64,000 bases of DNA from Candidatus Lloydbacteria bacterium RIFCSPHIGHO2_02_FULL_50_18 (GTDB taxonomy: Bacteria > Patescibacteriota > Minisyncoccia > Phycocordibacterales > UBA6899). The notes beneath the pieces are model-generated. The model had not been told where the DNA came from. It ran no database searches and saw only the letters and a program-made list of their open reading frames with translations. The position numbers and the translations under genes are program-made. This document shows, piece after piece, positions 46,549-56,915 of the stretch. Location of the stretch: positions 128,001-192,000 of the forward strand of contig MHLM01000014.1 of assembly GCA_001821395.1 (NCBI GenBank). The letters run 5' to 3'. Within the stretch, counting starts at the first letter, position 1. Each line of letters begins with the position of its first letter.

Positions 46549-47652
46549 TTATTTATAGTAGATGCCGCCAAGTATGCGTTTACCGCGCGCGCCCGTTGCC
46601 TTGGGAAGGTTCCCCGGTCGCCGTAGCAGCGTCTGTTCTGCAAGCCATGCGAATGCAAGCGCTTCGACGTCTTGGGTGCCGACATTGAGCTCGTCCGTCA
46701 CCGTGATCCTTGCCTCCGGAATGAGCTCGCGCAATCGATTGCGTAGGGCAGAGTTCTGCGCTCCACCTCCGCAGCAATAGACCTCTGTCGTACCGCGGCA
46801 ATAGGCGTGGATGGCGCCGGCGATGGCGTGCGCCGTAACGGCAAGTAGCGTCGCCTGCACGTCGCATGCTGTATATTCAGGCTTCAGCGCGTGTTCATAC
46901 CACGCAGCATTGAACAGGTCGCGCCCGCTCGATCTTGGCGGCTTCTTCTTGAAATAGGGGTCGGCGAGGAGCCGTGAGAGAAGAGCGGGGATGACCGTAC
47001 CCGACGCTGCCCATTTCCCGTTCTTATCGAATGCCATCTTTTTGTTCTTCCGTATCCATGAATCCATGAGCATATTACCCGGTCCGGCATCAAATCCGAT
47101 GGTCGCTTTGACGGGGTTGAGATCGGTGATATTCGCTATGCCGCCGATGTTCAGGATCACACGATGAACTCTGGGGTGACGAAACATGACATCGTGGAAT
47201 GCCGGCACAAGCGGCGCACCTTCCCCACCCGCGGCAATGTCACGGCTACGAAAGTCGGAGACAACGGTGATGCCTGTTAATTCAGCAAGGAGAGAGGGAT
47301 TATTGAGTTGCAGTGTAAAACCAAGATTCGGGCAATGCAGTATCGTCTGCCCGTGACATCCGATCGCCGAAATATTTTTGGCGGGAAGGTTGGCATTCGC
47401 GAGCACGGCGGTGATGCTTTTTGCATACAAATGCGCCAACCGGTTTGCGGTTTTCGCGGCAAGCGTGAGCGAGCCCGCTTTGTCTTCGTGGAGGAGAAGC
47501 AGCGTTTCACGGAGTCGTTTGTCGAATCGGACGAACGCTGTCGCACGCACGGTAAACGGAGACTTGCTTAAGTCGGCGAGAACGGCGTCCGCGCCATCGA
47601 GGCTCGTGCCCGACATGATGCCGATGTAGTATGCTCGTTTTGCTCGACTCAT
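46549..47652 (-). CDS. anmK: anhydro-N-acetylmuramic acid kinase
   Basis: The N-terminus YYIGIMSGTSLDGADAVLADL matches AnmK (FIGVMSGTSLDGVDVVLA in E. coli), and the ASKHA fold runs throughout. The start is set at the ATG giving MSRAKRAYYIG rather than the longer track ORF. Confidence 0.8.
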   Translation of the reverse strand: MSRAKRAYYIGIMSGTSLDGADAVLADLSKSPFTVRATAFVRFDKRLRETLLLLHEDKAGSLTLAAKTANRLAHLYAKSITAVLANANLPAKNISAIGCHGQTILHCPNLGFTLQLNNPSLLAELTGITVVSDFRSRDIAAGGEGAPLVPAFHDVMFRHPRVHRVILNIGGIANITDLNPVKATIGFDAGPGNMLMDSWIRKNKKMAFDKNGKWAASGTVIPALLSRLLADPYFKKKPPRSSGRDLFNAAWYEHALKPEYTACDVQATLLAVTAHAIAGAIHAYCRGTTEVYCCGGGAQNSALRNRLRELIPEARITVTDELNVGTQDVEALAFAWLAEQTLLRRPGNLPKATGARGKRILGGIYYK

Positions 47653-47731
47653 CTCTTCAGTGTACCCGCGCCAAAAGGAGCTCACAAGGAGGGGTATTTC
47701 CGTTTCTCGGCGTGTGGCGAGGAAATGAGTC

Positions 47732-48295
47732 GTGTATACTGAGCAGGTGAGATCAAATTTAGAAAATTTTCAGATCGAAACGGCGCGATTACTCCTTGTT
47801 CCCATCACCATGGAATATGCCGAGGAGATCTTTCGCGTATTCGATGATGAGATAACAAGGTATATGTACCCTGCGACGCCCGGCTCGATCGAGGATACGC
47901 GAATATTCATCAGAAAAAGTATCGAAGGATTCTCAAGAGGAGAAGAGATCGTGGCGGCAATTCTCACAAAAGACGCCCGTGAATTTATCGGAAATGTGGG
48001 TATCCATGACATCAACACGAGCACGCCCGAGCTAGGGATATGGATCAAGAAGGATGCGCATGGCCACGGTTATGGAAAAGAGGCGGTGACCGGACTTAAG
48101 GAATGGGCGGATACAGCGCTTGGCTATGAATATATCAAATATCCCGTCGTTGAGGAGAATATTCCAAGTAGGGCGATCGCGGAATCGCTGAATGGGAAAG
48201 AGGTACTGCGATATCCCAAAACAAACTTAAGCGGAGTAACACACGCGATGGTCGAGTATTATATTCATCCGAATGTACCTCATGCGCATCAGTAG
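47732..48295 (+). CDS. GNAT-family acetyltransferase (RimJ/RimL-like)
   Basis: LLLVPITMEYAEEIFRVFDDE...GNVGIHDI...GHGYGKEAV pattern. Confidence 0.7.
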   Translation: MYTEQVRSNLENFQIETARLLLVPITMEYAEEIFRVFDDEITRYMYPATPGSIEDTRIFIRKSIEGFSRGEEIVAAILTKDAREFIGNVGIHDINTSTPELGIWIKKDAHGHGYGKEAVTGLKEWADTALGYEYIKYPVVEENIPSRAIAESLNGKEVLRYPKTNLSGVTHAMVEYYIHPNVPHAHQ

Positions 48296-48341
48296 TGTGT
48301 TGCTCTTGCAAAACATGTGTAAAATGCAGTAATGTATAGTA

Positions 48342-48854
48342 ATGACCAGTGAATCACTACATGCCGTCGAAGATGAAAGTGTGGGCCTGCAAATTACCAG
48401 GAGAGATTTCTTGAAAGGGGTGTGCGGCGGGTTGGCGCTCTCAGCGATCGGGCTTGATTCCGAGGCAGTGGAGAGTAAGGAAAAAGATGAGTCCCCGTTT
48501 GACCATGAGGTACAGAGGAGGCTATTGGGCTTTGTGGCAAAAACAATGGACGTCGTACTCGACACCGACGTCATATCGCTTCCCACCGTGGTAGAGGCGG
48601 AAACGATATCAGATGCAGATTTTAATCAGATGATAGGATTTGACACAGAAGGGCATCGTAATAATTTATTTTTTCCGCCAAGCTGCATATTGTTATTGAA
48701 GAAAAGCAAGGCGCACAGCCTCGTGCATGAATACGTGCATTATATTCAGTACAACTATAAGGGGTACACTGATGGAACGACTGACGAGGTTGAAAATCAA
48801 GCGGTACGTATTCAAAATATATTTAGAGAAACAGGGGAAGGAGTTGTTCGTTGA
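48342..48854 (+). CDS. small Tat-signal protein with HExxH motif (putative secreted zinc metallopeptidase-like, 170 aa)
   Basis: The twin-arginine motif TRRDFLKGVCGGLALSAIG and the motif SLVHEYVHYIQ (HExxH). Confidence 0.5.
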   Translation: MTSESLHAVEDESVGLQITRRDFLKGVCGGLALSAIGLDSEAVESKEKDESPFDHEVQRRLLGFVAKTMDVVLDTDVISLPTVVEAETISDADFNQMIGFDTEGHRNNLFFPPSCILLLKKSKAHSLVHEYVHYIQYNYKGYTDGTTDEVENQAVRIQNIFRETGEGVVR

Positions 48855-48999
48855 GGCGGTGTTTGCTCCAACATGTAAATGATCGTTTTGTCCCGTTTTG
48901 ACATAATGGTAGATGGTCTTCATCTGGATTGCATAAGAAACGTAGTCATGCGAGTATTGTGAAAGGTGTGTTTTTTGTTCAACACTGAGGAGGTCTGAC

Positions 49000-49389
49000 G
49001 TGACCAACATAACTGAACGACTCGTGCGCCCGGAGCATATGAATGCGGCGGGTGCGCTTTTTGGGGGAGTCATCCTTGCGTGGATCGACGAAGCGGCTGC
49101 TATCGCTGCACGAAAACTTTTTCATACAACGAACTTCGCTACGGTGGCGATAACGGGGGGTATCTATTTTCGGCGCCCTATTTTTCTTGGAGACCTCGTG
49201 TCACTCCAAAGTACGCTCGTGCGCGTGGGGAGAACATCGATCGCGTTTCAGGTCGATATCAACGTTTTCGACTCGAAAGACCCAGCGCCCGTTTGCTCGG
49301 TGCAGGAGATCGTCTTTGTGCGGAAGGATGCACAAGGCACACCTTATCCTCACGGACTCTCTCCGCTGCTCATCACTCACACGCCGTAA
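49000..49389 (+). CDS. acyl-CoA thioesterase (hotdog fold, YciA-like); GTG start
   Basis: RPEHMNAAGALFGGVILAWIDEAAAIAA...IYFRRPIFLGDLVSLQSTLVRVGRTSIAFQVDI. Confidence 0.75.
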   Translation: MTNITERLVRPEHMNAAGALFGGVILAWIDEAAAIAARKLFHTTNFATVAITGGIYFRRPIFLGDLVSLQSTLVRVGRTSIAFQVDINVFDSKDPAPVCSVQEIVFVRKDAQGTPYPHGLSPLLITHTP

Positions 49390-49578
49390 TATGTCGCGAA
49401 AAGTACACCGACCTGCTCGGTGTTTTTTGTTGAAAAAATATTTTACAAATAAAAGCACACGACGTGTTGCCTCCTCGCGTGTGAACAGTATCAATCATTA
49501 TACTTTTAGGTAAAGTTAATTCTTTTGCATGTTGGGAACAATAATAAACCCCACGCATGATGCGTGGGGTGCGATAAA

Positions 49579-50142
49579 CTATATTTGCCTGCGGAGGATC
49601 AGGATGATCACTCCGCTTTGGATAAAAAAGAATGCGATCGGTGTGAGTGCGTATGCGATGGTCATCGAGGGGATCGCAAGTACACCGAGTGTTGCGGCAA
49701 GGAGTCCGTAGAGCCAGCCCCTAAGCGGTTCGTTGTGCGGGTCTTTCCAGAGGTTGATCAGCATCGGTATCGAACCAACGATGTTCGCAACGACACTGAT
49801 GGTGATCGCCACGTTTGCATTACCCGAGAAATACCACCCGACCAACGCCAGGATCACGAGTCCGAAGCAGAAGCTGTCGAGCTTCTTCCACTCGATCGTC
49901 ACCTTTTTTACGCCGCAGAGGATGACGATGAGTCCGGTCCCTGCGAAGTAGACGTACATTTGCCGGACAATAGAGTCCTTCGCGATCATCCCTGCCAAAA
50001 TGACTGCATCAACGATGAGCCATGAGAGCCACGTAGAGAGAGTTGGTCTCGACGTACCACTAAGGATGGAGCGAATGTATGGGACGTATGCCCACACTAC
50101 GGCGACTATCGCCAGTGCGGTAAAGAAAGAAACACGGTCCAT
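49579..50142 (-). CDS. hypothetical polytopic membrane protein (187 aa)
   Basis: Start reassigned to the ATG with a GGGAG RBS (MDRVSFFTALAIVAVVW...). A terminator lies at 49545-49575. Confidence 0.55.
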   Translation of the reverse strand: MDRVSFFTALAIVAVVWAYVPYIRSILSGTSRPTLSTWLSWLIVDAVILAGMIAKDSIVRQMYVYFAGTGLIVILCGVKKVTIEWKKLDSFCFGLVILALVGWYFSGNANVAITISVVANIVGSIPMLINLWKDPHNEPLRGWLYGLLAATLGVLAIPSMTIAYALTPIAFFFIQSGVIILILRRQI

Positions 50143-50286
50143 AGAGATTCTCCCTAGGTGTTGTTGTGAAGGTGCGTTTGCTTGACAATGCATTATGTAA
50201 ACGAAAAAGTCAAACATGAAAAAGTATCTGCAGGCGGACCCTGAAAGAAGAAACGCCCTGCGCATGAAGCGCAGGGCGAGGATCGA

Positions 50287-50541
50287 TCAATAAGACGTAT
50301 CACCTTTTGAATTGAGAGAAACATATTCCGGGATGAGTCCCGTTTTGCGCAGCTCTCGCGAGAGTTCCTTGAGGGTGGCGCCGCTTGCGCGCGCGAGCTC
50401 CGTCTTCTTTCCGGCTTCGTCGATCTGATAGATGACGCCTTTTTTGCCGCTACTGCCCTTGCGTCCGCCGCCGATAGCGCCGTTGCCTTTGCGTTTTGCG
50501 GTGATGGTCACAATTCTACCCAACATTGCTCGTTCGCGCAT
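50287..50541 (-). CDS. small basic Gly/Lys-rich protein (84 aa; possible DNA-binding)
   Basis: KRKGNGAIGGGRKGSSGKKG followed by a helical C-terminal region; no family assigned. Confidence 0.45.
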   Translation of the reverse strand: MRERAMLGRIVTITAKRKGNGAIGGGRKGSSGKKGVIYQIDEAGKKTELARASGATLKELSRELRKTGLIPEYVSLNSKGDTSY

Positions 50542-50684
50542 TGATTACTCCTTGGTTGTACAGACTTGCTAGCCCCCATGTTACGTATTTTTGATGATTT
50601 GTCGAGCATTTCCATCAGGTGAACGTGCAGCAGAGAAGCATGCCGAAGACATACGGCAAACATATTTTTAGATGCTCGTGAATG

Positions 50685-51248
50685 CTATTTTTGTTCGATC
50701 TTCATCTTTTCGGCAAGACGAACCGGCAGCATGCGTATGAGCGTTTCGTCATGAGTAACATAGTGATGATAGAGTGCCGCGAAGACATGCACGAGAACGA
50801 GTAATACGATGATCACACCGAGCAGGGAATGCATTGCTCCGAGCTGTGGCGCCGATATCCCGGGAATGATAAGCGGAGAAAAAGAATAGAGTCCAAAAAA
50901 ACTGACGGCCAATGCCCGAGAGGATGCCCATGCCCACCCCAAAATAGGCATAGCTATTAGTGAAATATAAAGGGCGTAGTGCATCGCATTCGCGAGTGGT
51001 TCAGTATGTATGCTCACGTCAGACTTACTCGTTACGAATGGACGTAAGTGTATAATGGCCCACATCCCGCGCAACATGATCACCCCGATAATAAGCAGCC
51101 CAAAAGAGAAGTGCAGATCGGTGAGCGTGCTCACGTCAGTTTCGCCGCGCATTTCAGGCATGGCCGCTGCGACGAGAAATTCAATTGCTACAAGTAAAAA
51201 AACAAGCCAGTGAAACATCTTTGAAATTGGGTCGTATTTTTCTTTCAT
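50685..51248 (-). CDS. cytochrome b561-family (Ni_hydr_CYTB/CybB-like) membrane protein
   Basis: MFHWLVFLLVAIEF...HFSFGLLIIGVIMLRGMWAI has conserved His ligands in four TM helices. Confidence 0.7.
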   Translation of the reverse strand: MKEKYDPISKMFHWLVFLLVAIEFLVAAAMPEMRGETDVSTLTDLHFSFGLLIIGVIMLRGMWAIIHLRPFVTSKSDVSIHTEPLANAMHYALYISLIAMPILGWAWASSRALAVSFFGLYSFSPLIIPGISAPQLGAMHSLLGVIIVLLVLVHVFAALYHHYVTHDETLIRMLPVRLAEKMKIEQK

Positions 51249-51340
51249 ATTATTATAGTGTTACGCTTCATTATATCACTGATCTTCTCTTGAAGTCTCT
51301 CCTGTATTGTGAAAAATCTCGGTCGGTGTATTATGCATTC

Positions 51341-51781
51341 ATGAACAAAGAGATGCAGGGATCGGAGGTGGACGCGAATGAGCTACCAGAGGAAACGGCC
51401 GCAATTATTGAGCGCGAGCCGCCTTATTCGTATGAGGGGTATATCGCACTGGGCGGACGTATCGACGAAGAGAATTATCAGCGAGTGATGAAAAGGGCGA
51501 GCGAAGAGTCGAGTCATTTCAGAGTGAACCAACTGAGAGATCAAACTAGGTCTACTGCGGACGTCTCCGGAATTTCTCTTGATGTGGTCCGGGATGAGGC
51601 CGGTATTGATCCGAGGTGTATATACGAAATTTTAAGATATGACGTGAAGCCTGCTGACGTGAAAGACCATCATAGTCAAATGTGCGACCAGCAACTCTTG
51701 GTAGAATCGCTCCGTATGTTGGAGCAAGGGAGTGCAGCACAGGCGATCATCGATAGGCACCCACACATTTCTTTTAACTGA
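51341..51781 (+). CDS. hypothetical acidic protein (146 aa)
   Basis: The ATG at 51341 avoids overlap with the cyt b561 gene. A terminator (gagaaaccccgcaatattggcggggcttt) lies at 51815-51848. Confidence 0.45.
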   Translation: MNKEMQGSEVDANELPEETAAIIEREPPYSYEGYIALGGRIDEENYQRVMKRASEESSHFRVNQLRDQTRSTADVSGISLDVVRDEAGIDPRCIYEILRYDVKPADVKDHHSQMCDQQLLVESLRMLEQGSAAQAIIDRHPHISFN

Positions 51782-51899
51782 TCGGGAATTCGCTCCGTAC
51801 TTGTTTGGACGCAATGAGAAACCCCGCAATATTGGCGGGGCTTTCTTTTGTGCGAAAACGCACGGTTCACGGTGAGAGAAAATTCTTTGTGACAGGTGG

Positions 51900-52367
51900 C
51901 TACTTCCGTGCGAAGTGCTTTGTCTCATGGTACGTATCGTAATCGGCGGTCAGCTCTTCGCCTGCTTTCACGTCGCGCATCGTGATGAAGGTTTCACCCT
52001 TGTCGAGGGTCGTCATGTTCGGCTTTTTTGAGTGATTGAGAAAATAGTTTTTTGTCAGCGCATCAATTCCGTAGTCCGGTACGAAATAAACACCATCTTG
52101 CAGTGCGCAAAAATCGCGCACGAGTTCCTTTGCTTCCTCCGGCGCGTCAAATCGATCAAGGTCGCACTTGGGGATCTTGAGTACGTCGCCGCAAGGGTCC
52201 GCATTTTTGAAGGGGTCTGTTCCTTTAGGAATCATGCGAATGGCAACCACTCCGACACCGTGCTTGGTGATCCCGAGCCGGCAATACACATCACGGAGCG
52301 CAGTGAGGAACGACTTTTTATTCATGAGATAGAGTATACCGTAATTGAGAAAAGAGAGAACAGACAT
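51900..52367 (-). CDS. SET-domain protein (putative lysine methyltransferase), 155 aa
   Basis: NYFLNHSKKPN (NHSC.PN motif) and AGEELTADYD (ELxxDY post-SET motif). Confidence 0.7.
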   Translation of the reverse strand: MSVLSFLNYGILYLMNKKSFLTALRDVYCRLGITKHGVGVVAIRMIPKGTDPFKNADPCGDVLKIPKCDLDRFDAPEEAKELVRDFCALQDGVYFVPDYGIDALTKNYFLNHSKKPNMTTLDKGETFITMRDVKAGEELTADYDTYHETKHFARK

Positions 52368-52381
52368 GATACAATCTTTTT

Positions 52382-52618
52382 ATGTACGAGCCATCAAAAC
52401 ATCCGAACAATCCGTTGCACGGAAAAACGCTGCAGATGGTACTTGAGTATCTCCTTGAACAGTACGGCTGGGAGGAACTGGGAAAACGCATCAGTATCAA
52501 GTGCTTTATGTTGAATCCGAGTATCAAATCGAGTCTGACATTCTTGCGCAAGACCCCATGGGCACGGGAAAAAGTTGAAGGACTCTATTTGGAGACGGTT
52601 AGCAGGAATTATCAATGA
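52382..52618 (+). CDS. VF530/DUF2132-family small protein
   Basis: [28 protein letters not shown]...[12 protein letters not shown]. Confidence 0.65.
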   Translation: MYEPSKHPNNPLHGKTLQMVLEYLLEQYGWEELGKRISIKCFMLNPSIKSSLTFLRKTPWAREKVEGLYLETVSRNYQ

Positions 52619-52672
52619 TCCTCCTGCGGCGTTTGTGCACGGTGCTTGCATAAATAAAAAAAGTAGGAAAGA

Positions 52673-53002
52673 ATGGAGCATATGTCAAAGAACCCAGGTG
52701 AATCGGTACCCGAGGAAGTCCCCAAAGCAAAGCGTGATATGACGAGTAAGCTCGATATTCTTAATACGCAGATCAATGGACAACTCACTGAGGGGAACCC
52801 TGATGCGGAGCTTGATGTTGAAGATTGCGTCAGAGCGGCGGAAGATATGCTCGATCTCCTCGAGGCTGAAAACGCTGAGGGTCGCAAACCTTATAAGGAT
52901 GATGTTGATGCGATCTTGAAGAAACTGAATACCGCGATCGCTATTTCCAACGAACCCTACGCGCGTGAATTGCGCAAGAGGCTTTTGATGCGATTTGGCT
53001 AG
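52673..53002 (+). CDS. hypothetical acidic protein (109 aa)
   Basis: ORF only. Confidence 0.45.
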   Translation: MEHMSKNPGESVPEEVPKAKRDMTSKLDILNTQINGQLTEGNPDAELDVEDCVRAAEDMLDLLEAENAEGRKPYKDDVDAILKKLNTAIAISNEPYARELRKRLLMRFG

Positions 53003-54515
53003 CAAGAATGATGACGATATTGAGGGGGATGTCCCTTTTAGTCTGCCGTCATTTTTCATTGGCGGTTGCCAGGCCACGATGTCGCAACCCACTTTTCGGG
53101 GTGATTTCGGTTGCAAAATTACATTAAATCCGTATACTGTCAAGCACAATATGCCTAAAACAAATGCGGCAAAGAACAATACACTGAGCGATGTCGGACC
53201 GACGGAGGCGCTTGTTCGGCAGATATCCGCGACAAAAAAAGAGCCCGATTGGATGCTCGAGCTGCGTCTTCGCGCTCTTGCGCTATGGCGTGAGACAGCG
53301 ATGCCGAACTGGGGACCTGATCTTTCCGGGCTCGACCTCGACGGGATGACCTACTATGCGGATCCGAACGTGAAAGAGACTGACGACTGGAAAGAACTGC
53401 CGAAAGAGATCACCGATACATTCGAAAAATTGGGTATCCCGAAAGCGGAGCGGGATTACTTGGGAGGGGTTGGTGCACAATTCGACTCAGGAATCGTTTA
53501 CCATCGTATCCAAGACTCGCTCGCAAAGAAGGGGGTGATTTTTGAGAACATGGATGTCGCACTACAAAAGTATCCCGAAATGGTGAAGGAGCATTTTATG
53601 ACGAAGTGTGTTCCGATCAATGACCACAAGTTCATCATGCTTCACGCTGCCGTTTGGAGCGGTGGGACATTCATCTATGTGCCGAAGGGCGTGTCAGTCG
53701 AGCTTCCGCTCCAAGCATATTTTCGCATGAACAAAGCGCGCTCGGCGCAGTTTGAGCATACGCTCATCATCGCCGACGAAGGTTCCGAGATCACGTATAT
53801 CGAGGGGTGTTCCGCGCCGCAATACACCGAGTCGTCACTCCATGCCGGTTGTGTAGAGCTATGGGTGAAGAAGAATGCGAAGATCAAATACATCAGCGTC
53901 GAGAACTGGTCCAAGAACACCTATAATTTGAATACAAAAAAAGCGCTCGTATTCGAGCGGGGACTTGTGGAGTGGGTGAACGGAAATATGGGTTCGCGTG
54001 CGACAATGCTCTATCCCTCATCGGTCCTATTGGAACGCGGTGCGCGCTGTGAATCGCTCGGCATCGTGATGGCCAATGCGGGGCAGGTGCAAGACACGGG
54101 GTCGAAGGCGACACACGTTGGGCCCGAGACGGTTTCCGTCATTCGTTCGAAATCAGTTTCGAAGGGTGGGGGAGTGTCCAATTATCGAGGAATTGTAAAA
54201 ATTTTACCCGGTGCGACGGACGCACAGTCGAGCGTCTCATGTGATGCGCTCATCCTGGACGATCTTTCTATTTCAAACACCTATCCGTCGATGAAAAACC
54301 AGAACGAAACCGCCGACCTTTCTCATGAAGCGCGTGTTGGACGTATTGGTGAAGAGGAAGTATTTTATTTACGCTCTCGCGGTTATTCGGAAGATGAAGC
54401 CCTCCGCCTCATCGTCGGGGGGTTCATGGAGCCGATCGTCAAAGCCCTTCCGCTCGAATATGCGGTAGAACTCAATAAATTAATAGAATTAGAAATGGAT
54501 AACAGTGTCGGATAA
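52995..54515 (+). CDS. sufB: Fe-S cluster assembly protein SufB (start uncertain: TTG 52995, ATG 53079 or ATG 53151)
   Basis: EPDWMLELRLRALALW N-terminal block and SufB core throughout. Confidence 0.85.
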   Translation: MASKNDDDIEGDVPFSLPSFFIGGCQATMSQPTFRGDFGCKITLNPYTVKHNMPKTNAAKNNTLSDVGPTEALVRQISATKKEPDWMLELRLRALALWRETAMPNWGPDLSGLDLDGMTYYADPNVKETDDWKELPKEITDTFEKLGIPKAERDYLGGVGAQFDSGIVYHRIQDSLAKKGVIFENMDVALQKYPEMVKEHFMTKCVPINDHKFIMLHAAVWSGGTFIYVPKGVSVELPLQAYFRMNKARSAQFEHTLIIADEGSEITYIEGCSAPQYTESSLHAGCVELWVKKNAKIKYISVENWSKNTYNLNTKKALVFERGLVEWVNGNMGSRATMLYPSSVLLERGARCESLGIVMANAGQVQDTGSKATHVGPETVSVIRSKSVSKGGGVSNYRGIVKILPGATDAQSSVSCDALILDDLSISNTYPSMKNQNETADLSHEARVGRIGEEEVFYLRSRGYSEDEALRLIVGGFMEPIVKALPLEYAVELNKLIELEMDNSVG

Positions 54516-55704
54516 TATTTTACAGCTTACAAATATTTCAAGCGCACTCAAAGAACCTGAGTGGCTTTTGGCTTGGCGGAAAAAGCAGACGACACTTTCG
54601 TCAGTACTTCCGAAAGCCATTAAGCATGGCATTGGCATTTCCGCGCTATTTCCAGAGATCGAGCCCGACTTCAGTGCAGTTGCGGACTATCATGTCGATA
54701 CGACGAAGGGTCTTGAGATCTATACATGGAGTGAGGCCGTGACTCAAGAGGAAGTCGAGCCGATACTCAAAGGTCTTTTGGAGAGTGCATTCTTTCCCGC
54801 ACCGAAAGACTTTTTCCGCGCGAAAGGGCAGGCGCTCTTTGCGTCGGGGCTTGTGGTCTACGTCCAGCCCAATATGGCGGATGACGGAACATTCATTACG
54901 GAAAAACTTACACTTGATACGATGCTTCCAACAGGCTCATCCTCGGATATCATCGTGGTTATCATAAAAGAAGGGGCGAAGTGCGATCTCACGCTCAATA
55001 CGAGCGGAGGAGCATTCGGGAGTATGCATTCACGGACGCTTGTTGTGGTGACCGAGGCGGATAGTATCGTGCGTGTCACAAAGAATGATCGGCTGGAGTC
55101 CGGAGCGATGGCGATGCATTTTTCGCGCGGAGTGGTCGCGGGTAATTCGCATATCGTTTGGCGTGAAATCCTCGGTGGGGATATGCTCGTGTCTTCCGTT
55201 ACGAATAATCTCCTCATCGGAAGCGGGGCAAACGCAACAGTACTTCAGGCGCTCATTGCGCGTGACCACGGCGAGTTTGACGTTGATGTCTCCGCGGAGC
55301 ATTTGGCGGATGATACGCATTCAGCAATCTGTACCGCAGGAACGGGCGCTGATACATCGAAGATCCTTTACCGAGGACTTGTTTCCATGAAAGAGGGTGT
55401 ACATAGGGTGGCGGGTGCACAAGAGGCAAAATTCCTCATGCTTACGCCGGGAGCGAAGATCGATGCGATACCTTCGCTCGATGTGGCGTCGAATGACGTT
55501 GCGTGTGCCCATAAGCTTTCGATATCGCACGTACGCGAAGGGGATATGTTCTATCCGAAACTGCGCGGACTTGGTGACGATGAGAGCCGCGCACTCTTTT
55601 TGGAAGCGCATTTTGCGCATGTATTCTCAGGGGAAGAAAATGCGGATATACTGAATATCATCACACCACTCTTTTTGGGAGGATCATCATCACATGCCGC
55701 TTGA
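54505..55704 (+). CDS. sufD: Fe-S cluster assembly protein SufD
   Basis: SufB/D beta-helix family. It overlaps sufB by 11 nt. Confidence 0.75.
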   Translation: MSDNILQLTNISSALKEPEWLLAWRKKQTTLSSVLPKAIKHGIGISALFPEIEPDFSAVADYHVDTTKGLEIYTWSEAVTQEEVEPILKGLLESAFFPAPKDFFRAKGQALFASGLVVYVQPNMADDGTFITEKLTLDTMLPTGSSSDIIVVIIKEGAKCDLTLNTSGGAFGSMHSRTLVVVTEADSIVRVTKNDRLESGAMAMHFSRGVVAGNSHIVWREILGGDMLVSSVTNNLLIGSGANATVLQALIARDHGEFDVDVSAEHLADDTHSAICTAGTGADTSKILYRGLVSMKEGVHRVAGAQEAKFLMLTPGAKIDAIPSLDVASNDVACAHKLSISHVREGDMFYPKLRGLGDDESRALFLEAHFAHVFSGEENADILNIITPLFLGGSSSHAA

Positions 55705-56905
55705 TACGTTGAAAATTAAAAAAGAATTTCCCCCGATACCGGACGGGGTCTATCTTGATAGTGCGGCGACATCGCTCACACCGCTAGCGGTTATGGACGC
55801 CGAGCTCGAGTACTACACCGATTTTCGTGCCAATGTGCATCGTGGATTCTTTAAAGAAGCGGTGCGTGCTACCGAGCGGTACGAGGAAGTACGAAAGCGA
55901 GTCGCCGCATTCATTCATGCGGATCCTGAGGAGATCATATTCACGTCCGGCGCGACCGAGTCCTCCAATATGTTCGTGCGCATGATCGATGAATCCGCCG
56001 TCGTTGCCGGTGAACGGATGGAAATCTTGAGTACGGTGATGGAGCATCATGCCGGTCTTGTGCCCCTCCAGCAATTCGCACGGCGACGAGGACTTCCGCT
56101 CCGCCTTATCCCGATGAAGGGAGTAGCGCTCGACTATGAAGAGGGCGCGCAAATGATCACCAAGAAGACCGCACTCCTCTCCGTTATGCTCGCGTCAAAC
56201 GTGTCCGGTGCCATCAATGATGTGCATCTCCTTGCCGGCCTTGCGCATCGTGAGGGAGCGATCGTGGTCGTTGATGCGACCGCGGCGGCGGGACATATTC
56301 CCATCGATGTGCAGCAACTTGGGTGCGATGCACTTTATTTTTCCGGTCACAAGATGTTCGCACCGACCGGAGTGGGCGTGCTTTTTGTGAAGCGGGAACT
56401 TCTCGAAAAACTTTCACCATCAGTGTTCGGAGGACATATGATATCGCACGTAGGGGAACAGGTATCGGAATGGGCCGAAATTCCATCCCGTTTTGAAGCG
56501 GGAACCAAGAACATCGCCGGAGTAATCGGGCTTGGTGCCGCGATCGACTTTCTCGAAAGGCACGATGTGAATGAGATCCATGGGCATGTAAAAGAATTGG
56601 TTACCTATGCCGTAATCGAGCTGGAAAAGATCCCCGGTGTCACGGTGATAGCGGAGAAGGATCCTGAGAAGAATATCGGTATCGTGAGTTTTGTATGTGC
56701 ATGGGCACATCCGCACGATGTCGCTGAGATCCTTGCGCGCGACAACGTCGCAGTACGTCCCGGCCACCACTGTGCGATATTGCTTCATGCGGCACTCCGA
56801 ATTCCCGCAAGCACGCGTGCAAGTTTTCATCTTTATAATTCGAAGAACGATGTCGATATGCTTGTCGAGAGTGTAAAGAAAGCATGCGCGATATTTACTC
56901 AATGA
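55694..56905 (+). CDS. sufS: cysteine desulfurase SufS (class V aminotransferase)
   Basis: Context for the PLP lysine (SGHKMFAPTGVGVLF) and the catalytic Cys loop (RPGHHCA). Confidence 0.85.
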   Translation: MPLDTLKIKKEFPPIPDGVYLDSAATSLTPLAVMDAELEYYTDFRANVHRGFFKEAVRATERYEEVRKRVAAFIHADPEEIIFTSGATESSNMFVRMIDESAVVAGERMEILSTVMEHHAGLVPLQQFARRRGLPLRLIPMKGVALDYEEGAQMITKKTALLSVMLASNVSGAINDVHLLAGLAHREGAIVVVDATAAAGHIPIDVQQLGCDALYFSGHKMFAPTGVGVLFVKRELLEKLSPSVFGGHMISHVGEQVSEWAEIPSRFEAGTKNIAGVIGLGAAIDFLERHDVNEIHGHVKELVTYAVIELEKIPGVTVIAEKDPEKNIGIVSFVCAWAHPHDVAEILARDNVAVRPGHHCAILLHAALRIPASTRASFHLYNSKNDVDMLVESVKKACAIFTQ

Positions 56906-56915
56906 TGTTGCTTAT

